Below are positions 1 to 11,990 of a stretch of 64,000 bases of DNA, in pieces; the first letter of the stretch is position 1; each line of letters starts with the position of its first letter. The stretch is from positions 243,970,001 through 244,034,000 of the forward strand of contig OZ024743.1 of assembly GCA_964016885.1 (NCBI GenBank), given 5' to 3'. The position numbers and the translations under genes were made by a program. Below the pieces are notes generated by a model. It did no database searches. It saw only the letters and a program-made list of their open reading frames with translations, and was not told the origin of the DNA. Source of the DNA: Eledone cirrhosa (Eukaryota).

Positions 1-1829
1 GCAGTCCTGAGGGCGGTTGGCTTTGGGCCCGTCTTCAGAGGCTGGATCGCTGCCATGCACAACGACATCTGCTCTGTGGTGAGAGTGAACGGTCACCTTT
101 CGGAACCGTTCAACATCATGCGCTCGGTCCGCCAAGGATGTCCCCTCTCGTCCCTATTGTACGTATTGACTCTCGAGCCATTACTGCACAAACTGGAGAC
201 GTTGAGGGGCGTCCCGCGCGAACTAGGATGCGGAAGATCCGTGCCAGCATATGCGGACGATGTTACCGTAGTGGTGTCGAAGGCCAAACACATCGAGGCG
301 ATCGGCACTACACTAAGAGAATACGAAGCGGTGACAGGAGCAATGATCAACCAGGAAAAGTCAGTGGGCCTGCAGCTCGGCACCTGGAGAGGCAGGTCCA
401 TGCCGTCCAACAGCGTCGTCGGACGCTGGACGGACGGACCGGTTAAATTGCTAGGGGTCTGGTTCGGTCCGGACCTCCAGACGGACAAAAACTGGGACGA
501 GGTGACAAGCAGGGTGGCTTCTCTCACCCAGAAATGGGCGGAGAGGAAGCTATCCCTGAAAGGTTGAGCGGAGGTGGCTAACGCGTACATCGCGTCTGTC
601 ATCTGCTACCTCCTGACCGTCGTACCTTGTCCTAAGCCCCGCCTGACTGCACTAGAGCGTTTGCTCTTTCGCTTTTTGTGGAAGGGACGCGCTCCGATGG
701 TCAGGCGGTCCATCTTCTGTCAACACCCGCTACGTGGAGGGCTGGGAATGCTCAGGCTATGACATCTCCACCTCTTCCTCGACGGTGATCAGGTGTGGTC
801 GCCGTTTGCTAGACACGTATTTCCCCAGCTCGTTTCCTTGACGGAGCTGCAGTCCTGGGTCAAGCGAAGACCGAGAGGGAGCGCCTGGAGACTGGAATGT
901 CTTCAGGCGCTCACAGCCCTCGACCAATCGGGCAATGTGATCGGTGGAAACTCCACCTCGGCGTTCTATAGAGGATTAGTGGAGGGGAAGAGCGACGACG
1001 TACTTGGGGATACTCTAGGCGTCGACGAAAATCAACTAGCCAATCTCTTGGGAAGAACTTTCGGGCCGGGACCTATGGACAACTTCCAGAAATCTCTGGC
1101 CTGGCAGTGCTACCGAGGAGCCTTGCCAGTTCGGGATAAACTCTACAGGCATGGAGGTGCCGTCAGCCGAGCATGTCCGAGATGCGCGCAGGGCGACGAA
1201 ACCGTCCTGCACGCACTCGTCCAGTGTCCGAAAATTGCTGACTTGTGGGTTTATGTCGAACACCTGCTGTCGCGTGTAGGACGGATCCGGCTATCATCTG
1301 AGTCCATCGTGAGGATTTCCCTGCCCTCTTTCTTTAGCCGGGACGGGCAGGCAGTTTTTATCTGTCTGGTGGCCATGGCGAAAGAGATAGTATGGTGGAC
1401 ACGTTTGAAAGGGCTGAAGATGAGCACTTACCTCTTCGGTGATGCCCTGATTGACTTTTTCAAATTTCATTTGAAAAGGAAAATCAGAGTAGCGAGGGAA
1501 GTGCTCTCTTCCCAGCATTTTGTTGAAAGATGGGTGAGAAAAGCAAGAATGGCCTGAGTGAATGGGCCTACTCTGAGTACGTATCTGTAAATTAAAGGTG
1601 GAAAACTGGGAGAGGGCACTTGCCTTGGTGGTCAGGGTCACTGTGGCCTTTTACTGGGCTTTCTCCACAAATGTCCCTCCGAAGCCTGGGGAATTTTTCA
1701 TTGTTATTTTTTTGTTACATCCTCTGTTTTTGTTTTTTACACGCAGAAATGCCCATTTGTACCGTCCTGTATTGTCCTGCACTGTCCTTAATGTCTACTT
1801 TATGTAAACCCTTGTGGTTAATAAAGAAA

Positions 1830-1887
<58 letters not shown>
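1..1887 (+). mobile_element. Tx1/L1-clade LINE, 3' part of ORF2 (RT + C-terminal Cys domain), 3' UTR and (ATT)n tail; disrupted
   Basis: ORFs 55-567, 574-762 and 793-1557 carry SVRQGCPLS, YADD and CPRC...ETVLHALVQC. Premature stop at 565 and a deletion near 760. Ends cccttgtggttaataaagaaatc then (ATT)n at 1832-1887. Clearly homologous to the 8566-11526 ORF. Confidence 0.93.
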
Positions 1888-2739
1888 CATAAATAAATAA
1901 ATACATTAAAGTGTTATATGATTTCTCCTCAGTAACACTACTCTCAAAATGCATAAGCACCAAAAAAGAGGTATATGAGTTATGGAAGAAAAAGAACCAA
2001 ATGTAAGGAAAAGTATTTCACGTGCGAAGATTTATTCTATAATAGGCCAAAGTATTCAAAATAGAAATAGACAAACTTATAGACACACTGCAATTAAAAC
2101 AAAACATCTATCCACACAAAATAACGAACTACAAACAAACGAAAATAGCACAAGAAAACCTATCTTTTCCAAAACACATAAGACACGACAAAAGAAAGCA
2201 AAGTGAACCCAAAGCAGAGTGAAATTACTACAGAGCTAACCACGTAAGAAATAAACAGTATAAGTACAGCAAATCAAAAACTTACAGAGGGAAGCAAATA
2301 TCATAGAAACACAACGAAATACAGAGGCATAACAAAATATACTCTTAGCAGCACACATACAATAAAAAAAGTTTTTACACACAATGATTAGAATTAATAT
2401 CGAGGAACACCCAATTGGAGCAGTAATGAAAAATGAGGAGAACGTCACGAAATCAATAAACAAGAATTGGTGTAAACACCCCCTCGAACTACAGAATAAG
2501 CAGCGCGATGAAATAAATATAACAGGGCCCTGTAAGAATTATGTTCATGGCATTTGAATTTGAATACAGACAGACTGACTGATCTGATTTATTCAGAAGC
2601 AGTAGTGATATCAGAGGAAACTGGGTTTGATTCTAACAAGAACCCATCTCTAGCCAAACCCTAAACCCCAAAATGGAAAGAATATATACCACACAGAATC
2701 TTATCATTACTCTATGAACTAGAAAAATTGGATCCAATA

Positions 2740-3205
2740 TCTTCTGCTTCTTCACCCACTTATTCTTGGCAGAATCCTAAAAACACTCCTTCCAGCGGAT
2801 GCTGTCAGAAGTAACCATCCCCAACTGATCTGGTTGGATCCCAAGCGAGACCAGCCAAGCTCATGGATGTTTTCTAAACATTTTACTGGGGATCTACCCT
2901 TGAGTCTCCTGCCGATTGGTTTTCCTGGAGCGACTTCCTGATCTCTGAGCTACGCAATCTATCGAGTAACATTACTCCAAACACACCTCGGAGGAACCCC
3001 ATTTTGGCACAAATACCGAATTGAAGACAGGGTTGGCACAAATACCGAATTGAAGACAGCGATTTTGACTTTTACACCTAACTCGCTTCTTCTGATTACC
3101 GAATGCTGATGCTAGCACATTACTGCAACAGCTCCTGCAATAAATTCAGCCTCCTGCCTTCCACCACCCGTGAAAACGGCCCCGAGATACTTGAACTTCA
3201 CTTGA
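2740..3205 (-). mobile_element. Degraded RTE-clade LINE 3' fragment
   Basis: Translates as QVKFKYLGAVFTGGGRQEAE, typical of the RTE/Expander RT C-terminus. Similar segments at about 24180-24420 and 30670-30890. Confidence 0.6.
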
Positions 3206-3457
3206 GATCCAATAGGAAAAAGAAAAAAGGATCTGCAAAACAAAACAAAAAATGTAACAAATAAAAAAAAGATACTTCGGAAAGCAAAAAAAAAAATATA
3301 AATAAACAAAAAAATAAAGATAAAAAATAACAACTCAAGTAGAGCATAGCAGCAAAAATATACCGCATAAGATGCCAAGAAAAGTGTAACCACTTCTTCC
3401 AATAAAACAAAGAATTCGAGAAACACCAAACGGTTCTACAGAAACATTAACTAAACA

Positions 3458-3680
3458 TAATGGTTTCTGATTTAGGCACAAGGCCAGCAATTTGGGGGAA
3501 GGGGAAAGTTGATTAAATCGACCCCAGTGCGTGACTGGTACTTTATTTTATCGACCCCGTAAGGATGAAAGGAAAAGCTAACCTCGGCGGGATTTGAACT
3601 TAGCTCATAAAGGGCCGTAACTCTATGCTGCAAACCATGGCATCTGACCCCCTACCGAGACTGCCAATCCACCGCCTATC
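3458..3680 (-). mobile_element. tRNA-derived SINE, family A (Meta/MESC-like central domain)
   Basis: Reverse complement has A box tggcagtctcgg, B box gttcaaatccc and the core ctttcatccttacggggtcgataaaataaagtaccag. About nine copies in the window. Confidence 0.85.
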
Positions 3681-4088
3681 AGCAAAAAATAATAACAATG
3701 AAAGTGGTACCAACATCAGAAATTCTGACGTAGTGGAAGAGAACATGAAGCAGAGAAAACCAATACAACTGATAAGAAGGGAATAGGGTAGGATGGGGTC
3801 AGGAATATACATAGCACCATAAACATGGCTCACTCTCGCCATCAAGGAAATCACTAACACATTGATAATTGCACGCAACTGGACAAAAGGAGTAGACATG
3901 GCCGAAACACCTGACCAGTACACATGGTCATGAGGAAAACTTAAGGATGAGTATGGGATTAGACAAATACACTAAAGCCCCCTTAAAAAGAGGTAAATTA
4001 ACAAGTACTGATAATATTACATTAGACATAGACACTGAAGTTAAAGAATTTGATCACATTCACCTATAGAAATTACATAGGAATAGAC

Positions 4089-4396
4089 CAGTGATTCCAA
4101 ATGTGGGGCGTACACCCACAGGGAGACAATTTAAATGTTTAAGAGGGAAGACAATTTGAAAATGATATTAATGACAACAAACTTCAGGTTTCACCTTATT
4201 ACTTCTACACCAAGGCAACTTTGGTACACATTGCTGTCTCACCTCCTCCACACATGTTATTATACATCTAGCACCACCTATACGTCAATTCATTTACACT
4301 TTGCAGTTAATCATCGCTGTTTTCATATCAAAAGAGGGAAGCAGAACAATTTCTGAGATGTTGAGGTCGGGGTACACAAAAGGTTGAGAATCACTG
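4089..4396. mobile_element. hAT-type MITE
   Basis: Termini cagtgattc.../...gaatcactg. 8-bp TSD gaatagac/gaatagat. Confidence 0.8.
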
Positions 4397-4789
4397 GAAT
4401 AGATGAAACAGCTAAAGCACAAAATACGAAAATGAGAGACACATTAAGAAAGAATACCAGAGAAGCGTTAGACTAATATTAAGAAAACTGATCTCCAAAC
4501 ACAAGATTGTAGACATAAATATACTAGTTACGCCAGTTATAAGTTACAGCTGGTATTGCGTGAGGGACGGATCCAGTTATTAGTCAAGTCAAACATGATG
4601 ATCGTTCAATGGAATTATTTTGGACAGATAGACACAGACAGATTGACATAGATAGAGGCAGAAAAATACAGATACACACTCACACACACACACATACACA
4701 TTTACACACATTCATACATGCACACACATATATATATTTCAAGATAAACAAGACGAACACAGAGATACAATATATATATATATATATTG

Positions 4790-7256
4790 TATCTCTGTTC
4801 ATCCAATTTTCATGAAACCTCACACATATATAAAACTTAACGCGTAGAGTGGAATAGGCTACTTGAAATTTTCGAAAAATCGATAATCGGGCTCTATGGC
4901 AGAATGTTTTTCGATTCCAATGAAATTTTATGTGAATTCGAACACAAGAACTCTTAGTTTACATCTGGCGCAATAAAAATAAATTTCATATGCGCATATA
5001 AGGACGTGCCTTATTGATTGGACGGCCAGCTGCATGTCTTCCCAGCTGTCTCAGCAAACGACCGACCATTAAAGAGTTTATCTTTTCATATTCCACCTTA
5101 TTCAAGTGGAAATACAGTATTATCCCTATCTGAAAAGGGAACCAAATTTAATGGTGTCTTTTGTGAACCTAAAAGCTGTGAGTAAATTTTCAAACAGTCT
5201 TAAATAATCATGCTTTTTGAAAAAAAAATTACTAAATAATACGTTGACCAAGTTGTGTTGTACACATACAATACAAGTAAACAAATTTACGTCGTACCAA
5301 TGTTTTCCTTTTTTAAATAAAAGATTCTAAAAAATTACTTAATTTATAATACAGTCTTTTGCACAGGAAGTGAGTAACTTTTCGGGTGTTTAAACGTAAG
5401 TTCACCAGGGTTTGTGTCTTCATTGTTAGTCCACCTCTAATGGCATTTTTTGTTCTGCTTATGACTAAATGTTATGAGCGTATTTGCAATTAATTGTGCA
5501 GACGTGCACAACTGCATGCAGATAGACACTGACAGCCAATAAAAAATCGATAACTTGCTTATTAAGATATCGGTCAAAAAGAGAGATTGAATGTAATTTA
5601 GAACATTTTTTGAATATATTGTTCTTTTTGGCATGATATGTCAGAAATATAGCTACTATACACTTTGGTTATTTTTTGTAACTAAAAAACGGTTCCTTTT
5701 GGGTGGATACTTAACGAGAAAAATCCTAGGGTTTTGGACAAGTTTGTTTCAGGCGCTGTATAGACGCCTATTTTGTCACAGCTTGGTCATGAATTCGTAT
5801 TCTTTTCCAATAGATATTTTCCGCTCTATAAGGCTCACCAGGATATAAGGCGTATCATTTAAAATCAGGTCCGCGCAACGGCGTGTAAGGCCAACCAGAA
5901 AATGCTATCTTCTTTACTTTTAGTCTAGATCTATTACTTTTGTTAGAGCCGTGATTGATTACCATTGTATTATTTATACATAAGGCTCACCGGAGTATAA
6001 AGCGCAGAGCTGTTTTTTTTTTATTAAATTTAATTATTTTAAGTGCAATTTATAGACGGGAAAATTCGGTAAGTTATTGTAATCATATTTCCAAACCTTC
6101 CCATTCACCAGTAACCATGCTAACGAATCTGGTGTCATCTCTCTCTGTATTTAATCACCTCTCTCTAACCTAACAGCTTCGTTACACGTCGTTATGCCCA
6201 CACGGAAACGTTCAAGACTTACCTCCAAAAAAGGTACAGCTATTGCTTTGAGACAACGAATTAGGCGTTCTCAGGTATGAGTTCATTCACAATTGATTAA
6301 TCCTTTATGCAATATTCTCCCTTAATGTTAGCAAGTACTGCGTTTATCCTAACTGTCACCACTTTTAAGCAACTACAACATTCTAATCGTAGTTATATTA
6401 AATTTATTGTCTTACCTTGATTCCCTTTTGTTCATGTTAGACTTTTCTCATTTACTATTGACACTGCCATTGGCTTAGCTAACCAGTAGAATTAATTAAT
6501 TTTCTCTAGGAAATACCTGCTGAGCGCGAATCTCGACTCGCTGATAGACGTCTTTCCCGGCTGGTTGAGTCACCAACATCACGTACGACAAGGCTTGCTG
6601 ATGTTCGCCTTCGTCGCCAACAAGCGCTGACGGAGGAATCACCAACATCCCGTCAGACGAGGCTTGAGGCTGTGGCAAAGGGCAATAACCCTAGATACAA
6701 TTTTGATCAACTTTTTTTCACCTGTAGCAAATTTACCAGGACAGGTTTTTAGCTACTCAAATCTACTTCAGAGATCACACATTGATGTAAAAAATCAATA
6801 AAACTGAAGCGGGGCTCGACTTTGCGCAAAAAAACAAGGCAAAGTTACACATGGGAAAACTTTTTACAGGAACGTCCTATATTCTTGAAAACTGTCACAA
6901 AAGACTCGCCATTATGCCGCGGTTAAGATAAAGGCCCTTTTAATTCTTCTTCTGCACATGTGAGCGCAAAAATTGTAAAAAAAAAAAACCCTGAAAGTAA
7001 TCGACATTTTCACCCTGCTTTAAATTAACTGAACATTCAATATCAAGCGATTTTGACTTCCGTCAGTCGTGCAGAGAACAATTTCAACGATACACTGTGT
7101 AACTACAATTAATAAATTACACACCTGTGTCTACTAACCTATTTTTTTCCATTGAAGTTCGAAGTTTTGAACCTGTGATGCGCGGGAAGTAACTTTCACA
7201 CATTCTAACAGACCAAAGGTCGACGTACACCCGGGCAACGCCGGGTACTTCTGCTA

Positions 7257-7257
<1 letters not shown>
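4790..7257 (+). mobile_element. Non-autonomous Helitron (5' boundary uncertain)
   Basis: 3' end cccgggcaacgccgggtacttctgCTAG followed by T (hairpin + CTAG). Internal ccaattttcatgaaacctcacac resembles the start of the 62575 Helitron. Contains a RepHel-like N-terminal coding remnant. Confidence 0.72.
6194..6752 (+). CDS. Putative two-exon 107-aa ORF (6194-6274 + 6510-6752) resembling the basic, E-S-x5-R-L repeat N-terminus of Helitron RepHel proteins
   Basis: Donor CAG|GTATGA and acceptor tttctctAG join in phase 0: MPTRKRSRLTSKKGTAIALRQRIRRSQ|EIPAERESRLADRRLSRLVESPTSRTTRLADVRLRRQQALTEESPTSRQTRLEAV. Absent from the ORF track because it is spliced. Confidence 0.55.
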
Positions 7258-7307
<50 letters not shown>

Positions 7308-7666
7308 CAGACAGGTAGATAGAGTAGGATGACAATGTGAAGATATTGTTACTTTGAACCGGATGACATAAAGAAATGCATGTGTGACATATTTCTGTAG
7401 TTAGCCATTGTTATATAATGAAAGAGTGAGAGTGAAAGTGTGAGGGTTATATTGTGTGAAGGGAAGGAAGAGTGTGAGAGGTAACTAAAGAGAGAAAGAA
7501 ATAGCTAAAATCTATTAAGAGAAAGTGAGAAGACAGCCTTGCTTGGTTATTAAGAACTAAACGACAGATAGGATCCACTTTATTTTCCTTTTGTTGTCTT
7601 TCTTATCGTTTATCATACGTCATAGAATTACAACGTTGTTGTTATAGTTGTTGTTGTTTGGTAATG

Positions 7667-7890
7667 TGAAGGCGCGTGGCTTTGTGGTTATGGTGTTCAA
7701 CTCGCGATCATAAGGTAGTGAGTTTGATTCCTTGTCGCATTCTGTGTCACGCTGAATCTCCCTGAGAACTACGTTAAAGGTGCGTGTGTCTATGGAATGC
7801 TTATCCACTTGTACATTTATTTCACGAGAAGGCTGTTTTGTTGATCGTATCAAATGGCATACTCGTCGTCGTAACCGACGGAGTGTCAGC
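7667..7890 (+). mobile_element. tRNA-derived SINE, family B
   Basis: Head gaaggcgcgtggctttgtggtta...gagtttgattcc. The 3' part recurs at about 24650-24780 (+), 25500-25620 (-) and 37770-37880 (-). Confidence 0.65.
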
Positions 7891-8123
7891 TTTTGTTGCT
7901 TGGTGTAAACGATCAACACTAATCAAGCAGATCTCGTGTTGATGTTATTGTTGTTATTCTTGGTAGTGTTGCTGTTGTTGTTGGTGGCGATGCTGTTGTT
8001 GTTGGTGGTGATGTTGTTGTTGATGGTGTTTAGCTCAAGATTAGCCTCGAGGAAGTAAAACAATCATTAATGTGATTTTGTAAACAAAGGTGGGCGTAGC
8101 GACGTATTAACTCTAATTAAATG

Positions 8124-8243
8124 ATAATAATAATTGTTTCTACTTTTGACACAAGGCCAGCAAATACCTAGTGCATTACTGGTACTTTATTTTATCGACC
8201 CCGTAAGGATGGAAGGCAAAGCTCACCTCGACGGGACTTGAAC

Positions 8244-8244
<1 letters not shown>
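8124..8244 (-). mobile_element. SINE family A, 5'-truncated, abutting the Tx1 (ATT)n tail
   Basis: Core and B box match the other family A copies. Has its own short (ATT) tail at about 8124-8133. Confidence 0.8.
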
Positions 8245-8288
<44 letters not shown>

Positions 8289-8565
8289 TTTCATTTATTA
8301 GCCACAAGGGCCGACATGTAGGGGACAATACAAAGACAGGGACAGTGGGGGTTTACAATAAGGTCGAGTAAAAGTGCACAATGGGAAGACTCATTTTACA
8401 ATGAAAATATAAAAATATAAAATAAACTATGCATAAATATAACAAAATAAATTCCCCGATAGGGGGTGGACGACCCTGGGGTGATTCGGGTACCCCACCA
8501 ATCCTGAACCACCCTGGCGCTTCTAGGGCACCCAGGAGAGCACCCCTCTCCTCAAGTTAGCCAGC

Positions 8566-11500
8566 CTATAGGCACATGGTCAGAGTAGGCCCATTCACAC
8601 GAGCCATTCTTGCCACATTCACCCACCTTTTAGCAAATGTACTGGGGGGCAGCACTTCTCTCTCCACCCTCACCCTCCTTTCCAGGTGAAACTTGAAGAA
8701 GTTGATGAGGGATTGGCCGAAGAGAAAAGTGTCTGTCTTTAGTCCTTTCAACCTGGTCCACCATATAATCTCTTTCGCAACTGCCACCAGACAGAGGAAA
8801 ATGTCCTGCTCTTCCTGACCTAAGGAAGGTGGTGGCTCGATCTTCACTATGGACTCAGCCGATAGCCGGATTCGTTCCACACGCGACAGTAGCTGTTCGA
8901 CATAACTCCACAAGTCAGTAATGCACGGACATTGGACAAGTGCGTGCAGAACGGTTTCGTCGTTCTGTGCGCATCTTGGGCAGGTCCGTCTGACAGCACT
9001 TCCGTGCCTGTAGAGTTTATCCCGAACCGGCAGTGCCCCCCGGTAGCACTGCCAAGCGAGGGATTTCTGGAAATTGTCCATCGTCCCCGGCTCAAAAGTC
9101 CTCCGGTACAGACTGGTCAGTTCGACTTCGTCGAGGCCCAAAGCTTCTCCGAGTGCGTCATCGCACTTGCCCACCACTAATCCTCTATAGAACTCGAGAA
9201 TGGAAGTTCCACTGATCGCATTGCCCGCTTGGTAGAGGGCAGTGAGTGCCTGGCAACATTCCAGGTGCCAGTCACCCAGTCTCGGTCTCTTCTTGACCCA
9301 GGACTGCAGCTCAGTCAAAGAAATGAGCTGCGGAAAGGCCCGTCTGATAAACGGCGACCACACCTGTTCACCATTGAGGCAGAATATCTGGAGATGTCGC
9401 AGCCTCAACGCATGTCTGCGCATCATTAGCCACGGCATGCCCAGCCCTCCGTGTAGAGGGTGCTGGCAGCAGATGGACCGCCTCACCAACGGAACTTGTC
9501 CCCTCCACAAGAATTTGAAGAGGAGCCGTTCCAACTTGACGAGGCGCGGACGGGGGCAAGGCACGACGGTTAGGCGGTAGTAGATGACGGACGCGATGTA
9601 CGCATTCGCCACCTCCGCGCGACCTTTCAGTGATAGCTTCCTCCCAGCCCATTTTTGGGTGAGACTGGCTACTCTGCTCGTTACCTCGTCCCAATTCTTT
9701 TCCACCTGGAGGTCTGGTCCGAACCAAACCCCAAGCAACTTTACTGGTCCGTCCGTCCAGCGCCCCACGACGCTGTTGGACGGCATGGGCTTGCCTCTCC
9801 AGGTTCCGAGCTGCAAGCCCACCGACTTTTCCGGGTTAAGTTTGGCTCCTGTCAACCTTTCATATTCCTTCAATAAGGTGCCGACCACCTCGATTTCTGA
9901 GGTGTTCGACACCATCACGGTGATGTCGTCCGCATAAGCCGACACCGCCTTTCCGCGTCCCGGTTCGAGCGGGATGCCCTGCAACAGCTCCAGCAGTAAA
10001 GGCTCGAGAGTCAATACGTACAGAAGGGAAGAGAGAGGGCACCCTTGACGGACCGATCGGGAGATCTGAAACGGTTCCGAGAGGTGGCCATTAATTTTGA
10101 CCACCGAGCAGGTGCCGCTGTGCATTGCAACGATCCAGCTTCTAAAGACAGGGCCGAAGCCAGCTGCTTTGAGGACAAACTCCAGATACCGATGGTCGAC
10201 CCTATCGAATGCTTTCGATTGATCTAAATTGATCAGTGCCCCACCGAAGCCAGGTTTACACCCTACCCTCTCTATGATGTATCGCATGAGGTGGAGATTG
10301 TCGTGTATGGACCTGGCTGGGATTGCGCAGGTTTGCGCCTTCCCAACCAAATCCTCGACGACAAGCGCCAATCTCTTTGCTAACACCTTGGCCAAAATCT
10401 TAAACTCTGTGTTGAACAGAGTTATGGGCCTGAAGTTGTCTAATGTATCCCTCTTGTTCTCGTCTTTCCTTATCAGCGTCACCACTCCCCTGCTCACAGA
10501 ACTGGGAATACTCCCATTCTGCTGCCAGTTACAGTAGAGTGCTTCGAGGAGTTCGGAGAACAAGTCTGGCATATTTACGTAAAGCTTGTAGGGCAGGCCA
10601 TCCAAACCGTGTGACTTGCGCCTCATGCAGCCGACAAGAGCGTCCTGAATTTCGGCTGAAGTAATCGGCCTTTCGCAGCGCTCAGCGTCGACCGTCGAGA
10701 TGCGCGGCAAGCCGTCAATGTAGGGTCTGAAATCCACTACTCTCTCTGACTCGCCACTCTCCCTGAACAACCGAGCAAAGTGCTGGCGAAAGGCCTCACA
10801 CATCCGCTTGGAATCGCTTATCTCGTGTCCGTCTCGGTCCGCCAAAGACCGAATTGTGGTTTTATTACCACGCTGCGCCTCCGCCACGCGGGCCCATCGA
10901 ACAGCTTTAGTTCCCTCGTTTCTCAGCGCACGCGCCTTAGCTCTGACAATGCAACCTTCGTGTTTGGCATTGAAGAAATGGTCTAATGCCATTCTAGCCG
11001 CTAGCACGTCAGTTGCGATGCCACTACAAATAGCCTCGTCTAACTTATCTACCAGCTCCCCCTCCTTTCTATTTTTCTCTAACGCTAGTTCTTTGCTGAA
11101 CTCTATCGAAGTTACTCTAATATCTCTTTTGAGAGCCCCCCACCATCTGTTGTTGATGATCGCCCCTATCAACTTTTGCTTAACTAACTTGTTGACTCGG
11201 TCCCTGTAAGCCTTACGTGCCGGAAATGACATGTTCAGCTTCCAGTAACCCGGTCCTAACCTACGCGTTTTATTTAGGTCGACCGTACAGATCACAAATT
11301 TGTGATCTGAATAGGCGACCGTTTTAAAAAGTGGACAGCCCACACTATTTCTATCTATTTTCCTAATGAAGATTCTGTCTATATACGATCTAGATGACCC
11401 CATTCGGTTGGTCCATGTCCATACTGGCACATTGGGGAAATCTAGTCGATACCTGTCAGACAGTTGGAACTGGCTGAGTAGGTGCTTGAGGCTTTTGCAC

Positions 11501-11981
11501 CCCCCGCTCCTATCGGCTACTCCCACACAATCCCAGCGTGCGTCTAAGATGCCATTCCAGTCCCCCGCTAACAGTAAAGGGCGAGACGTACCCAGAAAGG
11601 TCTCCAGGCACCTAAAGAAGTCAGGTCGTCCGGCCCCTGTAGGGCGTAGACGGCCAGCAGTCTAAAGGCACCACCTTCGCTACTGCTCACATCCAAGACC
11701 ACCAACTTACCGTCCGGGTCCCGGAAGATCGACCTTACCTCAAGATCCAGTCCTTTCCTAAACAGCACTGCCACCCCACCCCCCATTCCCGGCCTGCTAA
11801 CAGATGCGAAGATCTGATAGTCGTCCATAATGGGGGCTAGTTCGCGCGTGTCGGAAATTCTGGTCTCGCTTACGGCAATCACATCCATTTCCAGCGACCG
11901 GAGGTCGTTGAGCAGGCGACCCTGCTTCCAGGGTGACCCCAGGCCGCGAACATTTAAAATTCCTACTCTTAATATGGCCAT
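8566..11981 (-). CDS. Tx1 ORF2: AP endonuclease + reverse transcriptase + C-terminal Cys domain; one frameshift near 11640
   Basis: Motifs LNVRGL, SET, GDWN, IDRIF, SDH (APE); FRPITL, LDQSKAFDRV, VRQGCPLS, YADD (RT); CPRC...H...C. ORFs 11568-11981 and 8566-11526 join if one base is restored at YA(P)TG. Confidence 0.92.
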
Positions 11982-11990
11982 ATTGGTAAG

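Noticed and set aside
3004-3059. Small tandem duplications (also about 15410-15550 and 50980-51090)
   Set aside because: Ordinary local slippage duplications in decayed repeats.
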